64,000 nucleotides of DNA from Thermoplasmata archaeon. GTDB lineage: Archaea; Thermoplasmatota; Thermoplasmata; Lutacidiplasmatales; UBA184. Where the stretch lies: positions 294,965-358,964 of the forward strand of contig JAKBSJ010000002.1 in NCBI GenBank assembly GCA_021844945.1. The letters are read 5' to 3'. The notes beneath the pieces were generated by a model. The model saw only the letters and a program-made list of their open reading frames with translations. It did not search any database and had not been told where the DNA came from. Each line of letters begins with the position of its first letter. The stretch's first letter is position 1. The translations under genes were made by a program, and so were the position numbers. Below, piece by piece: positions 16,508 through 25,930 of the stretch.

Positions 16508-17305
16508 TTACTTTCCGCGCTTGGCGCGAGGGACGGGGGTCTCTTTCCCGGTCGGTGGGCAGGTGAGGCAATCGACCTGCTCCGGGACGGCCGGCCAGAT
16601 CGGATCGAGCAGGTGGCCGGCCCGCACGCGTTTCGTCTCGAGGTAGCGCGCGTTGTACCGGTTCGGTCGCACGGTCAGGGGGATCCGCCCTTCGACGACG
16701 ATTCCGTGGCGTCGGAGCGAGGCGATCTTATCCGGATTGTTCGAGAGAAGACGGATCGAACGCACTTCGAGCACCTCGAGCATGCGGGCGGCGATCTCGT
16801 AGTCGCGTTCGTCCGGACGGAAGCCGAGAGCCTCGTTGGCCTCGATCGTGTCGAGTCCCATCTCCTGCAGTCGGTAGGCTTTGATCTTGTTCTCGAACCC
16901 GATCCCACGGCCCTCCTGACGCAGGTACAGGAGGATCCCACGCTCCATCTGGCCGAGCTTGGTGAGAGCGAGCTCGAGCTGTTCGCGGCAGTCGCAGCGC
17001 AGCGAGCCGAACACATCTCCGGTCAGGCACTCTGAGTGAATCCGTACCGGGACGCCGGACTGACCGGCCACCTGCCCTCGAACGAGGGCCGCCGGTTCCT
17101 TCGCGTCCGGTCGCCCATGGAACGAGACGACGCGGAACTCCCCGAACCGAGTGGGGAGCTGGGCAGTCGCACTGATTCGAAGGGGAGCGTGCTCGCGACG
17201 CGAGCGGCCCTCCGGCCCTCCATCGGCCGGATGAAGCGCACTGTCGGAGGGGTCCGATGCGTCCAAAGTACATACCCCCGCGTGCGGGAGAGGCGACTCG
17301 GCCAT
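16508..17305 (-). CDS. ribA: GTP cyclohydrolase II
   Basis: LPTRFGEFRVVSF.., Zn site RIHSECLTGDVFGSLRCDC, LYLRQEGRGIGFENKIKAYRLQ, NNPDK. The start is uncertain (ATG 17305, 17353 or 17416). Confidence 0.88.
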   Translation of the reverse strand: MAESPLPHAGVCTLDASDPSDSALHPADGGPEGRSRREHAPLRISATAQLPTRFGEFRVVSFHGRPDAKEPAALVRGQVAGQSGVPVRIHSECLTGDVFGSLRCDCREQLELALTKLGQMERGILLYLRQEGRGIGFENKIKAYRLQEMGLDTIEANEALGFRPDERDYEIAARMLEVLEVRSIRLLSNNPDKIASLRRHGIVVEGRIPLTVRPNRYNARYLETKRVRAGHLLDPIWPAVPEQVDCLTCPPTGKETPVPRAKRGK

Positions 17306-17599
17306 CGATGGGGGTGGCCCCTCCTTAACGTTGTTGGACCGATCGAGCGGCATGAAATCCGCAAGCCCCGAGGTGAAGGGGTACCCCTTCTCCGAAGGTT
17401 GGACCCCCCCGGACATCCTACCGTGTCCATCTCGCGATGGCGGTATCCCATCGCTAATTTCCGTCCGGTTCCGCGACGTCCTGGAGGGGGTGGAGGCACC
17501 GCGCCCATCCCGTACGTACGCGTTCTCGTGTTGATTCGAGGGCGGCTCCCCGGGCGATTGCGAAGCCGGGGGAGCGCCCGTTCCCGGACCGCTCGCCGA

Positions 17600-18226
17600 T
17601 CACCTCGACGGCCGGAGCATCCGCTTTGCCATGCCGGGCCGACCATCCACCTCGCGAAGCCCCTGAGCGGCCCCGCGTCGGTCGGCCGCGCTCCGCTCCT
17701 GATCGAGCTTCCACGCTCCGAGGAGCGTGCGTGGGCGCAGTCGGATCCCGACGATTTGTCGTAGCCGCTGGGCGATGTACTCCTTCGGGGCGTCCCCAAG
17801 CGACCAGGGCCTCGCGCGACCGCTCTCGTGCCGTCGGGTCAGCGTCTCGACCATTTCCCGCACCCCCGACGGAGCGTCGACCAGCTCCGCCGGACCCCGG
17901 GCCTCGACGGAGATGTAGTTCCAGGTCGGGACGGCCCGCCCGGTCTTGTGCTTGGATGGGTACCAGTCGGGAGAGATGTACGCGTCATCGACGAGGAAGG
18001 CGGCGACCACGTCCTCGCCGTTGCCAATCTCGTGCCACTGCGGGTTCGACCGAGCCAGATGTGCGACAAGCTCGGCTCTTTGCCCGCTTCCAACGACCGC
18101 GAACGGGACCTGGGATGTCTGGATGCCCTCCCGGGCGACGCTGATCAGGGTACCGAACGACCGGGCCCGGATCGCGGCGAGGAGCACCTCCCGTCGCCGT
18201 TCCCGATACACTGCGGGGACGTACAT
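17600..18226 (-). CDS. paiB: FMN-binding PaiB-family protein (putative transcriptional regulator)
   Basis: MYVPAVYRE..FGTLIS..QTSQVPF..AHLARSNPQW..AYISPDWYPSK..VPTWNYISVEARG..GAWKLDQ matches the PaiB pattern over its whole length. Confidence 0.8.
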   Translation of the reverse strand: MYVPAVYRERRREVLLAAIRARSFGTLISVAREGIQTSQVPFAVVGSGQRAELVAHLARSNPQWHEIGNGEDVVAAFLVDDAYISPDWYPSKHKTGRAVPTWNYISVEARGPAELVDAPSGVREMVETLTRRHESGRARPWSLGDAPKEYIAQRLRQIVGIRLRPRTLLGAWKLDQERSAADRRGAAQGLREVDGRPGMAKRMLRPSR

Positions 18227-18618
18227 GCCATTCCGTTTCGAGGGTCGCGGTCTATTTCAGCCTGCCCGAGCCGGCACGTCGCTCCCCGGCCGAAGTTGTC
18301 GATGCCCGGGCGATTGCGAGAGAAGGGGAGGACGCGGAGCCCATGCCGGTCCGAGGGTCGTGGCGGGACCGCTGGAATGGTACAGCCGGTCCAAAAAGAA
18401 GACACGCGGTCAGAGCCGGCTCGAAACGGTCTCACCGACGGGTTCGGCCCCCGGCATCTCTCGTTGGGAAAAGCGTTCCCGGTCTGGACGTAGGGCCGTC
18501 CATGGATTGGACTAGGCGGGCTCGGCTCCGAGCCCTGCGCCGCAGGGAGGAGCTCTTCCAGAACTGCTCGCCCGAGGATCCTATACCGTCTCCCGGACGG
18601 GAGCCGCGGGGCCCGCGT

Positions 18619-20751
18619 TCAGCGACGTCTCGCGCGGGGACGAGCGGGGCGAGCCACGACGCGGCCGCCGGGTGCCAGCGGAAGCGTGCGGAGCCGCGTT
18701 CCGGTCGCGTCGAAGATCGCGCCGGCCAGCGCGGGCGCGACGGCAATCATGGGTGTCTCGCCGCCGCCAGCGGGGGGAATCTCCCGCCAGTCCACGAGCT
18801 CGACAACGACCTCAGGGAGGTCCGCGAACCGCGGAACGCGATACTTCGAAAGGCGCGGATTGAGGACCACGCCGTCGCGGAAGTGCACCGCCTCGAATAG
18901 CGCGCCTCCCATCGCCATCACGGCCGCCCCCTCCACTTGGCTTTGGAGGTTGTCCGGATTCACGACCGCGCCGGCATCGAAGACCGAAACGAGCCGATCG
19001 ACCCGGAGTCGGCGGGACGGGCCGACGGTCACCTCGGCCACCGTGGCGATCCGGCTCTGCTTTTCGAGACCGGCCGCGATGCCGAATCCGTGCGACCTCT
19101 CGCGGCGGCGCCCCGCCCACCCCGAAAGCTCCGCCGCCCGACCTAACACCGCCCGCAGCCGATCGTCTTCGAGATGGGCGAGACGGAAGTCGAGGGGATC
19201 CTGCTTCGCCGCGTACGCGAGCTCGTCCATGGCCGACTCGCGGGCGAAGTTATTGGTCGTCGCCGCGAGAGCTCGGTACGATCCCTGGGGAAGCGGGGAT
19301 TGGGAAAGGACGTTGTCGACCCTCTGGTTCGGGATCCGGTAGGGGGTCCCGAGGGCCGCGGCGCCGGCGTTGATGTTGTGGAAACTCCACGCCGTGAGGC
19401 GCCCCCGAGCATCCAGCCCGGCGCGGACGTCGATCACCGCGTACGGACGGAAGTAGCCCTCGCGGAACTCCTCCTCCCGCGTGAACCCCAGCCGGACCGG
19501 CTGGCCCGCCGCCCGGGCGAGCCGGGCCGCCGCGGTCGCGACATCGCCTCCGTGCTTCCCTCCGAACCCCGAACCGGTCGGAGGGACGATGATGCGTACC
19601 ATTTCCGGCGGAATTCCCAGGTTCTTCGCGACGGCCTCCCGCGCTCGGAACGGTGTCTGGGTCCCCACCCAGACCGTCACGCGCTCGCCATCCCATTCGG
19701 CGATCGCGCACCGGGTCTCGAGGGGAACGTGAGCGATGTATGCGGCGTGGTAGACGGCCTCGAACCGGAGGGTCGCGCGGCGGAGCGCCGTCTCCACGTC
19801 TCCCTCGGATCGCCCTCGCCGGTCCCAGTCATCCCCGGTCTCGGGATGTTGTCGGAGGTACTCTTCGATCGTTCTCTCGTTCGGTTGCGGTGAGAATCGC
19901 CAGCGCGGACCGAGGGCCTCGAGCGCGGCGCGGGCCGAGCGCGGGTCGGGAGCCACCGCGCCTACGAACTCCCCTTCCCGAACAATACGGGCCCCTCGGT
20001 CCGCGAGGGCGTCCGGATCCGCGAGTCCTTCGAGTCGTGCGCCGTAGCGGGGCCGCTCGAGCACCGCCCCATGCAGCATGCCGTCCCGGCGGAGATCCGA
20101 CGTGTACATCCGTCGTCCGGTGACCACCTCGACCGCGTCGGGGTCCAATGTGGGTCGCCCCGCCCGGATCCATTGCGTGGGGAGTGTCAGCGGAAAGTCG
20201 GCTGGGACCTCGACGAGCTTACGCAGACCCCGGACCAGGGTCCCGTAGCTCCAGGACCGGCCCGGGCCCCGAACCTCACCCTCTTTGGCCACGAGCGAGT
20301 TTCGCGCGTTCGAGAGACCCGGCTGCTCTGCGGCGAGAGCCACGAGTTGCTCGCGGGCCGCGGCCGCCGCGCGTCCGAGGGCGGGCGCTGCGTCCGGCAT
20401 CGATCGGCTTCCGAACGTCCCAATGTCCCAGGGACAGAGGTCCGTGTCCGCCATCACGAGGCGGACCCGCGGTAGGGGCACCCGCAACTCTTCGGCGACC
20501 ACGAGCGAGAGTGCCGTACGAGTTCCTTGTCCCACCTCGGCTTTCCCTGTGAACGCCACCACGTCGCCCTCCTCCCCCACATGCAACCAGGCCCCGCCCG
20601 TGGGGGGTTGCCAGTCTCCTTCTCGCCTCTCGGCTACGGGACGACGGGGAGGGACTACGGTGACGAGGCCGGGGCCGAGTAGGTCGAAGTACTCTCGCTC
20701 CGGGACCGGCGTGAGGTCCCAGGGGCGGCGTGGGCGACGGAGTTCGGTCAT
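18619..20751 (-). CDS. molybdopterin-binding subunit of a xanthine dehydrogenase/aldehyde oxidase-family hydroxylase (IorB/CoxL-like)
   Basis: GKAEVGQGTRTAL, GTFGSRS, GSGFGGK, YRALAATTNNFARESAMDE. ATG 20751 overlaps the stop of the upstream 2Fe-2S subunit (ATGA). Confidence 0.85.
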   Translation of the reverse strand: MTELRRPRRPWDLTPVPEREYFDLLGPGLVTVVPPRRPVAERREGDWQPPTGGAWLHVGEEGDVVAFTGKAEVGQGTRTALSLVVAEELRVPLPRVRLVMADTDLCPWDIGTFGSRSMPDAAPALGRAAAAAREQLVALAAEQPGLSNARNSLVAKEGEVRGPGRSWSYGTLVRGLRKLVEVPADFPLTLPTQWIRAGRPTLDPDAVEVVTGRRMYTSDLRRDGMLHGAVLERPRYGARLEGLADPDALADRGARIVREGEFVGAVAPDPRSARAALEALGPRWRFSPQPNERTIEEYLRQHPETGDDWDRRGRSEGDVETALRRATLRFEAVYHAAYIAHVPLETRCAIAEWDGERVTVWVGTQTPFRAREAVAKNLGIPPEMVRIIVPPTGSGFGGKHGGDVATAAARLARAAGQPVRLGFTREEEFREGYFRPYAVIDVRAGLDARGRLTAWSFHNINAGAAALGTPYRIPNQRVDNVLSQSPLPQGSYRALAATTNNFARESAMDELAYAAKQDPLDFRLAHLEDDRLRAVLGRAAELSGWAGRRRERSHGFGIAAGLEKQSRIATVAEVTVGPSRRLRVDRLVSVFDAGAVVNPDNLQSQVEGAAVMAMGGALFEAVHFRDGVVLNPRLSKYRVPRFADLPEVVVELVDWREIPPAGGGETPMIAVAPALAGAIFDATGTRLRTLPLAPGGRVVARPARPRARRR

Positions 20752-21347
20752 CGCCCTTCCCCGGGGCCGGCGCCGAGCTGTTCCGCGGCCCGCTCGATCG
20801 ACCGGACGATCCGACTGTAACCGCAGCATCTACAAAGATGGCCGTCTAGGGCCCCCTCGATCTGCGCGCGCGTCGGATGAGGGTGGACGCGGAGGAGCGC
20901 AACGGTCCCCAGGATCATCGCCGGGGTGCAGAAACCACACTGGAACGCGCCAAGCTCGGCGAAGGCCCGCTGGACGGGGTGGAGGCCGTCCTTTCCAGCG
21001 AGCCCTTCGATCGTGGTGAGCTCGCGCTTGCCCACTTCGCCTATCGTCAACTGGCAGGCCGGCACCGGCTCGGAGCCTAGTAGGATGGTGCATGCGCCGC
21101 ACTGACCCTCGCCGCAGCCGTACTTGGCCCCCGTGAGCCTCCACTCCTCGCGCAAGACCGAAAGGACGATTCGGTCCGAACCGGTGCGGATCGAGCGAAT
21201 CGTCCCGTTCACCCGGAGCCGGTACTCGCGCACCGGGGACGCTCCGCGAGCGGGTCTGCGGGGGGGACGCGACCGAACGCGACGGCGCGGCCGAACGTCC
21301 ATCGGAGGCTCCCCCGGCCATGAGAGCGGGCGGGCATTTAGGCCCAT
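20748..21347 (-). CDS. [2Fe-2S]-binding small subunit of the molybdenum hydroxylase (CoxS/IorA-like)
   Basis: GCGEGQCGACTILL and QCGFCTPAMI..LCRCCGY cluster motifs. ATG 21347 is preceded by AGGAGGAGG 8 nt upstream. An alternative ATG lies at 21302. Confidence 0.85.
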   Translation of the reverse strand: MGLNARPLSWPGEPPMDVRPRRRVRSRPPRRPARGASPVREYRLRVNGTIRSIRTGSDRIVLSVLREEWRLTGAKYGCGEGQCGACTILLGSEPVPACQLTIGEVGKRELTTIEGLAGKDGLHPVQRAFAELGAFQCGFCTPAMILGTVALLRVHPHPTRAQIEGALDGHLCRCCGYSRIVRSIERAAEQLGAGPGEGR

Positions 21348-21821
21348 GCGCGACCTCCTCCTCGCGACCTTAGCAGGGTCCCTCGGCGGGATCGAGACCT
21401 GACCGTCGTCCGGGCGAGCTCGGAACCTGTTAACCCTCAGCTCGGCGGCAGCTCCCCGGCCAGCCTATGGGACTCCGTACACCCGCCATCGACGCGATTT
21501 GAACCGATCCGAAACGGAGATGCCGAAGGGCCAAGGGTTAGGACGTCCCGTGGACGCGCAGCCTACCCTCTTCTCCTCGTCCTGCCGGGACCCCCGGTTC
21601 CCGAGCGCACTCGCGCGGACGTCCTCTCAATGAGGCCGATCCCATGTCCGACAAGTTCCCGGAATTGAGCTTGGGGCTCGCGGTGATCTGCTCGGGAAAG
21701 ACGCCTCCGAGGGGGTTCCTTCGCCGAAGACGGAGGCGTTTCGGAGGGCCGCTTCGGTCTACTCCACGACCTTGGGTGCTCTCGATCCGCTCGGGACGCG
21801 TGAGAGGAGGAAGCGGACAGG

Positions 21822-21833
21822 TTATATATTTAT
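21822..21833 (+). promoter_or_regulatory. strong TATA box (TTATATATTTAT) for the Cys-rich protein/PadR operon
   Basis: The most A/T-rich dodecamer in the window, centred about 23-35 nt upstream of ATG 21849/21861. It is followed by TGATATCA-ctac-TGATAT (21833-21850). Confidence 0.6.
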
Positions 21834-21848
21834 GATATCACTACTGAT

Positions 21849-22067
21849 ATGGTGCAAACGATGTGTGACCAATGCGGATGTGAAGGGAACGGACCGAGAC
21901 GGGGCGGAGGACGCGGGTGCTGCGGCTCTGGAGGAGCAGTGCGGGCGCCACGAGGGTACCTGCGAGCGTCGGCTCCCGAAGACCTGAAGGACTACATCGA
22001 GGATCTTCGCTTCGAAACCCAGCGGGTCGAGAGGATCCTCCAAGAACGAGCCGCCGAGAAGGACTGA
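21849..22067 (+). CDS. small Cys/Gly-rich protein with C-terminal coiled-coil (resembles DUF5320-type proteins, tentative)
   Basis: MVQTMCDQCGCEGNGPRRGGGRGCCGSGG..EDLKDYIEDLRFETQRVERILQERAAE. It sits immediately upstream of padR. The start may be ATG 21861. Confidence 0.6.
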   Translation: MVQTMCDQCGCEGNGPRRGGGRGCCGSGGAVRAPRGYLRASAPEDLKDYIEDLRFETQRVERILQERAAEKD

Positions 22068-22100
22068 GCTCCGAACTCGATCCGGAGGGACGGACGGGCA

Positions 22101-22454
22101 TTGGCCCCTCGGTGCTGCTGCGGCCCTTTCCGGGTCCGGTTCTTTCCACCCGGAATTTTGCGGCCCCTACTCCTACGGGTGTTGCTCGAGGGGCCCAAGA
22201 CGGGATTCGCGTTGATCCACGAGGTCGCGCGGCGTACGGACGGGCAGTGGACTCCCGGTCCGGCCGCGATCTACCCCGCCCTTCGGAGGCTGGAGGAGGA
22301 GGGGTACATCCGTCGAGCTACCGGCGGCCCCGGTCTCCCCCGCGCGTACTCGCTCACTCCGAAGGGGCGACAAGTGGCGGGCGAATGGGAGAAGATGCGA
22401 CGATCCGGGCGCGACGAGTTGAGGTCCTTGTATCGACTCTGGGAGAGAATCTGA
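22101..22454 (+). CDS. padR: PadR-family transcriptional regulator
   Basis: ILRPLLLRVLLEGPKTGFALIHEV..WTPGPAAIYPALRRLEEEGYI...YSLTPKG is a PadR wHTH. TTG start; the N-terminus carries CCCGP. Confidence 0.8.
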   Translation: MAPRCCCGPFRVRFFPPGILRPLLLRVLLEGPKTGFALIHEVARRTDGQWTPGPAAIYPALRRLEEEGYIRRATGGPGLPRAYSLTPKGRQVAGEWEKMRRSGRDELRSLYRLWERI

Positions 22455-22455
22455 A

Positions 22456-23229
22456 GTGCCGAAAGCCGCCGCGCACCGGAGCCCAGCGTCGCCTCGGCTC
22501 GTGGGTCAGCGCGCTTTCTGGAACCGCCGCTATCGGGGAGATCCCGAGCTGTTCGGCGCCGGACGAAGCCCCTTCGCCCGATGGTCTCGTGACGTGCTTC
22601 GGCGGGCGGGGATTCGCCGGGGGGTGTGCATCGAACTCGGCGTCGGATACGGCCGGGACCTACGGTACCTCCAACGATGCGGGTTTGTCGTCCGCGGGGT
22701 GGATGCTTCCGACGTAGGGGTGGCGCTGGCGCGTCGTCGGCGGCGACCGGCCGTCCTTCGAGCGCCCGAGATCGTTCTCGGAGATGCCGTTTCTTTCTTG
22801 GCGCAGATTCCCGGTCAGAGTGTGGACGTGGTGTACTCCAACATGTTCTACAACATGGACTTCACCGAAGCGGAGCACGTGCGCCTCTTTACTGAGGTGG
22901 CTCGAGTGCTTCGACCGGGGGGATTCCATCTGTACTCGGTGCGTTCCACGAGCGACCCGTGGTACGGTCGGGGCCGACGCACCGGCCCCGACACCTTTGA
23001 CCTCCGACCGCACGGCTCCACGATGCACTTCTTCTCGCGAGCCTACGCCCGTCAACTCGGGCGAGGCGCGTTCTCTTCCTTCGCGCGCGAGGATCGATTG
23101 GAAGGCGCCCGGGACTTTCCGATACGATTGCTCTACGCGGCGGATGTGCGCAACGGCGATCCCGCGCCGGAGAACCGTCCTTCGTTTTCGCAGGCTTCGA
23201 TGAAGGCCCGGAGCGCTCGTCTCGGGTAG
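22456..23229 (+). CDS. class I SAM-dependent methyltransferase
   Basis: CIELGVGYGRDLRYL (motif I), VRGVDAS, VDVVYSNMFYN, LRPGGFHLYSV. GTG start 1 nt after the padR stop. Confidence 0.75.
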   Translation: MPKAAAHRSPASPRLVGQRAFWNRRYRGDPELFGAGRSPFARWSRDVLRRAGIRRGVCIELGVGYGRDLRYLQRCGFVVRGVDASDVGVALARRRRRPAVLRAPEIVLGDAVSFLAQIPGQSVDVVYSNMFYNMDFTEAEHVRLFTEVARVLRPGGFHLYSVRSTSDPWYGRGRRTGPDTFDLRPHGSTMHFFSRAYARQLGRGAFSSFAREDRLEGARDFPIRLLYAADVRNGDPAPENRPSFSQASMKARSARLG

Positions 23230-23333
23230 GGGCTCTCGGCCTCTCCCAATCCCGCCCCGCCTCCTTATCCGGGATCCGCCAGAGCGCCGTTGCGAAGATC
23301 GAGCGCAGAAGGGCGCGGCCGTCCTACGCGGTC

Positions 23334-23753
23334 TTGAAGCGCCTCCTCGAGTGCTTGGACGCGGAGCGCCGACCGCGGGAGCGGATCGCGTCCGTCGCGG
23401 ATGTTCGTTCCCGTCAGGTCATCTCGGTGGAGCCCACCACTTTGCTAAAGGAGGCGGTCGCGGAGATGCGGCGGCACGAAATCTCCCAGCTTCCCGTGAT
23501 CGATGGGCGGAACGCCGTCGGAAGCCTCTCCGAGCGCACCATCACGAACCTGATCCTGTCCGGGAGGCGGCCCACCGACTTCTCGCGCATCCGGGTGAAG
23601 CAGGTAATGGAAGAACCGTTTCCGACGGTAGATGAGAGGGCACCGGCCTATCTCGCGGCAGGCCTTCTTCAACACTACGCATCGGTGCTCGCGACGGTCA
23701 ACGGCGAAATCCAAGGCATCGTCACGAAGTCCGACATTCTCAAACGGGTATGA
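23334..23753 (+). CDS. CBS-domain pair protein
   Basis: Two CBS repeats (..VISVEPTTLLKEAVAEMRRHEISQLPVIDG.. and ..FPTVDERAPAYLAAGLLQHYASVLATVNGEIQGIVTKSDIL). TTG start. Confidence 0.75.
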   Translation: MKRLLECLDAERRPRERIASVADVRSRQVISVEPTTLLKEAVAEMRRHEISQLPVIDGRNAVGSLSERTITNLILSGRRPTDFSRIRVKQVMEEPFPTVDERAPAYLAAGLLQHYASVLATVNGEIQGIVTKSDILKRV

Positions 23754-23838
23754 GAAATGAACGAGACATCAACAAAACCGAAGAAGGGGAGCAAAATGAT
23801 GAACGACGCGACGAAGGGCCTGTAGGGGAGGCTGAACA

Positions 23839-24780
23839 ATGAGGATTTTCCAGGACGTGTCCGAAGCGGTGGGCAGCACGCCCCTCGTCCGGCTCAATCG
23901 CATCACGGGAGGCCTACCATGCACTGTCCTCGCAAAGCTCGAGTCGAGGAACCCCGGAGGCAGCGTGAAGGATCGTATCGGCTTGGGCATGATCGCAGCG
24001 GCGGAACGCCAGGGTCTCCTTCGGAAGGGTTCGGTCATTGTCGAAGGGACGAGCGGGAACACGGGGATCGCTCTCGCGATGATCGCCGCCGTGAAGGGAT
24101 ACCGCCTGATTCTCGCGATGCCGGAAACGATGAGCGTGGAACGACGGAACCTCCTGAAGGCCTACGGTGCCGAACTCGTCCTTACCCCGGGGGCGGAAGG
24201 AATGCGGGGGGCGATCGCAAAGGCGGAGGAAGTGGCCCGAGCGATCCCGAACTCCTTCGTGCCGCAGCAGTTCCGGAACCCGGCCAACCCTCAGGTGCAC
24301 CGAGAGACCACGGCCGTGGAGATCTGGAACGACACCGACGGTAAGGTGGACGTCTTCGTCGCGGGGGTCGGGACGGGCGGCACGATCACGGGCGTCGCGG
24401 AATACATCAAACCGAAGAAGCGCGGATTCCGGACGGTGGCGGTCGAGCCATCCGCTTCCCCCGTACTCAGCGGAGGACCGCCCGGCCCGCACAAGATCCA
24501 GGGAATCGGGGCTGGTTTCAAGCCGGAGATCCTGAAATCGGATCTCATTGACGAAATCCTTCGCGTTCGGGACGAGGACGCGATGGAAACCGCACGGCAG
24601 CTCGCCCGCCAGGAGGGGCTGCTCGTCGGCATCTCTTCGGGTGCCGCCGTCTTCGCGGCGTTGACCGTAGCCAAGAGGACCGAGAACGACGGTAAACTCA
24701 TCGTGACCGTCCTCCCCGATACGGGCGAGCGCTACCTGAGCACCCCCTTGTTCCAATTGGGGTCCGACCCGTCGTTGTAG
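23839..24780 (+). CDS. cysK: cysteine synthase (O-acetylserine sulfhydrylase)
   Basis: [10 protein letters not shown].., PLP lysine in [35 protein letters not shown] lies 8 nt upstream of the ATG. Confidence 0.93.
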   Translation: MRIFQDVSEAVGSTPLVRLNRITGGLPCTVLAKLESRNPGGSVKDRIGLGMIAAAERQGLLRKGSVIVEGTSGNTGIALAMIAAVKGYRLILAMPETMSVERRNLLKAYGAELVLTPGAEGMRGAIAKAEEVARAIPNSFVPQQFRNPANPQVHRETTAVEIWNDTDGKVDVFVAGVGTGGTITGVAEYIKPKKRGFRTVAVEPSASPVLSGGPPGPHKIQGIGAGFKPEILKSDLIDEILRVRDEDAMETARQLARQEGLLVGISSGAAVFAALTVAKRTENDGKLIVTVLPDTGERYLSTPLFQLGSDPSL

Positions 24781-24901
24781 CGCGCGGGGCGATAGCGGGG
24801 GGCGGATGTCGCGCGACGAACCTCGGCGAACCGACCGAGGGCGAACCACCTCAGCACGACGTCGCACGCCTACCGCGCCGGGAGGAATCGCGGTCCCAAC
24901 G

Positions 24902-25780
24902 ATGAGGATCGCCGCCGAACTGATCGCCGCGTACGAGACCCATGGCGATTCGCGCCATCTACGGCTCCAAGACCTACCCTCGAAGGCTGGGTCCGTCTCG
25001 CTGCTGAAGGACCTGCTGGCCCTCCTCTTCCCGAGCTGGTGCGCGGGCGCCGGATTGACCCCGGTGGGCCTGCGGCGCCGCCTCGAGAGTACGCTGCCGC
25101 TCGTGCATGCCCGTCTCGTGGAGGAGATTACGCGGAGCCTGAACTCTCTTCATCCGATCTCGGACGAAGGGGAGAGAGGAAACGCACGAGCGCGAGCGGC
25201 CGGAATCGCGAGCGCGCTTCTGGAAAGCCTCCCCGGGATCAAGCGGCAACTCTCGTCCGACATCCGGGCGGCCTACAATGACGACCCGGCCGCTCAGAGT
25301 CCGGAGGAAGTCACTCTCAGCTATCCGTGCATTTACGCCATCGCAACGTATCGCATCGCCCACGAGCTCTACCGGCGCGGCGTCCCGATCATCCCTCGCA
25401 TCCTCAGCGAGCACGCCCACTCGCGAACTGGCATCGACATCCATCCAGGGGCGAAGATCGGAGAGAACTTCTTCATCGACCACGGGACCGGTGTGGTGAT
25501 CGGAGAGACGGCCGAGATCGGCGACAACGTCCGGATCTATCAGGGGGTGACGCTCGGAGCCAAGAGCCTCTCCCACGCCGAGGTCACCACCCTGCGCGGG
25601 AAGAAACGCCATCCCACGATCGAGGACGACGTCGTGGTCTACTCCGGAGCGACCATCCTCGGGGCCCGGACGGTCATCGGAAGGGGGGCGGTGATCGGTG
25701 GGAACGTCTGGATCACTTCCTCGGTCCCGGCCTACACGACGGTGATGGAAGCGTCTCCGCGGCGAAGAAACCGGAAGTGA
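24902..25780 (+). CDS. cysE: serine O-acetyltransferase
   Basis: [31 protein letters not shown].., hexapeptide repeats [43 protein letters not shown]. Start taken at ATG 24902; the ORF opens at 24806. Confidence 0.9.
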   Translation: MRIAAELIAAYETHGDSRHLRLQDLPSKAGSVSLLKDLLALLFPSWCAGAGLTPVGLRRRLESTLPLVHARLVEEITRSLNSLHPISDEGERGNARARAAGIASALLESLPGIKRQLSSDIRAAYNDDPAAQSPEEVTLSYPCIYAIATYRIAHELYRRGVPIIPRILSEHAHSRTGIDIHPGAKIGENFFIDHGTGVVIGETAEIGDNVRIYQGVTLGAKSLSHAEVTTLRGKKRHPTIEDDVVVYSGATILGARTVIGRGAVIGGNVWITSSVPAYTTVMEASPRRRNRK

Positions 25781-25898
25781 AAGGGATCGGCTCTCGTCGC
25801 GGAGAGCCCCGGGACGGATCGTGCGACGCCCTTGGGCGCCGAAGCGCTCGGTGGCTATTCCTCGATCCACCCGAGGGTGAACGATGCGAACTAAACGG

Positions 25899-25905
25899 AT
25901 TTAAT
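25899..25905 (+). promoter_or_regulatory. TATA-like ATTTAAT inside the palindrome CGGATTTAATCCG (25896-25908)
   Basis: Centred 29 nt upstream of ATG 25931. Confidence 0.35.
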
Positions 25906-25930
25906 CCGGTATCGAGGATACGTTCATCCG

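Noticed and set aside
18227-18618. ~390-bp gap between the paiB start and the Mo-hydroxylase stop, with ORFs 18145..18435 (minus strand) and 18343..18900 (plus strand)
   Set aside because: Both ORFs overlap neighbouring genes, are R/G/P-rich and have no motifs. There is no repeat or structured-RNA signature I could defend.
21403-21821. ~420-bp spacer between the Mo-hydroxylase operon and the Cys-rich/PadR operon, including ORF 21644..21835 (63 aa)
   Set aside because: The ORF loses coding-like codon usage after about 20 codons and runs through the TATA box. I could not support any RNA fold or repeat, so it is left unannotated.
23105-23116. GGAAAGTCCC (minus strand), resembling RNase P RNA CR-I
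   Set aside because: It lies inside a well-supported methyltransferase CDS. No other RNase P conserved regions are nearby.
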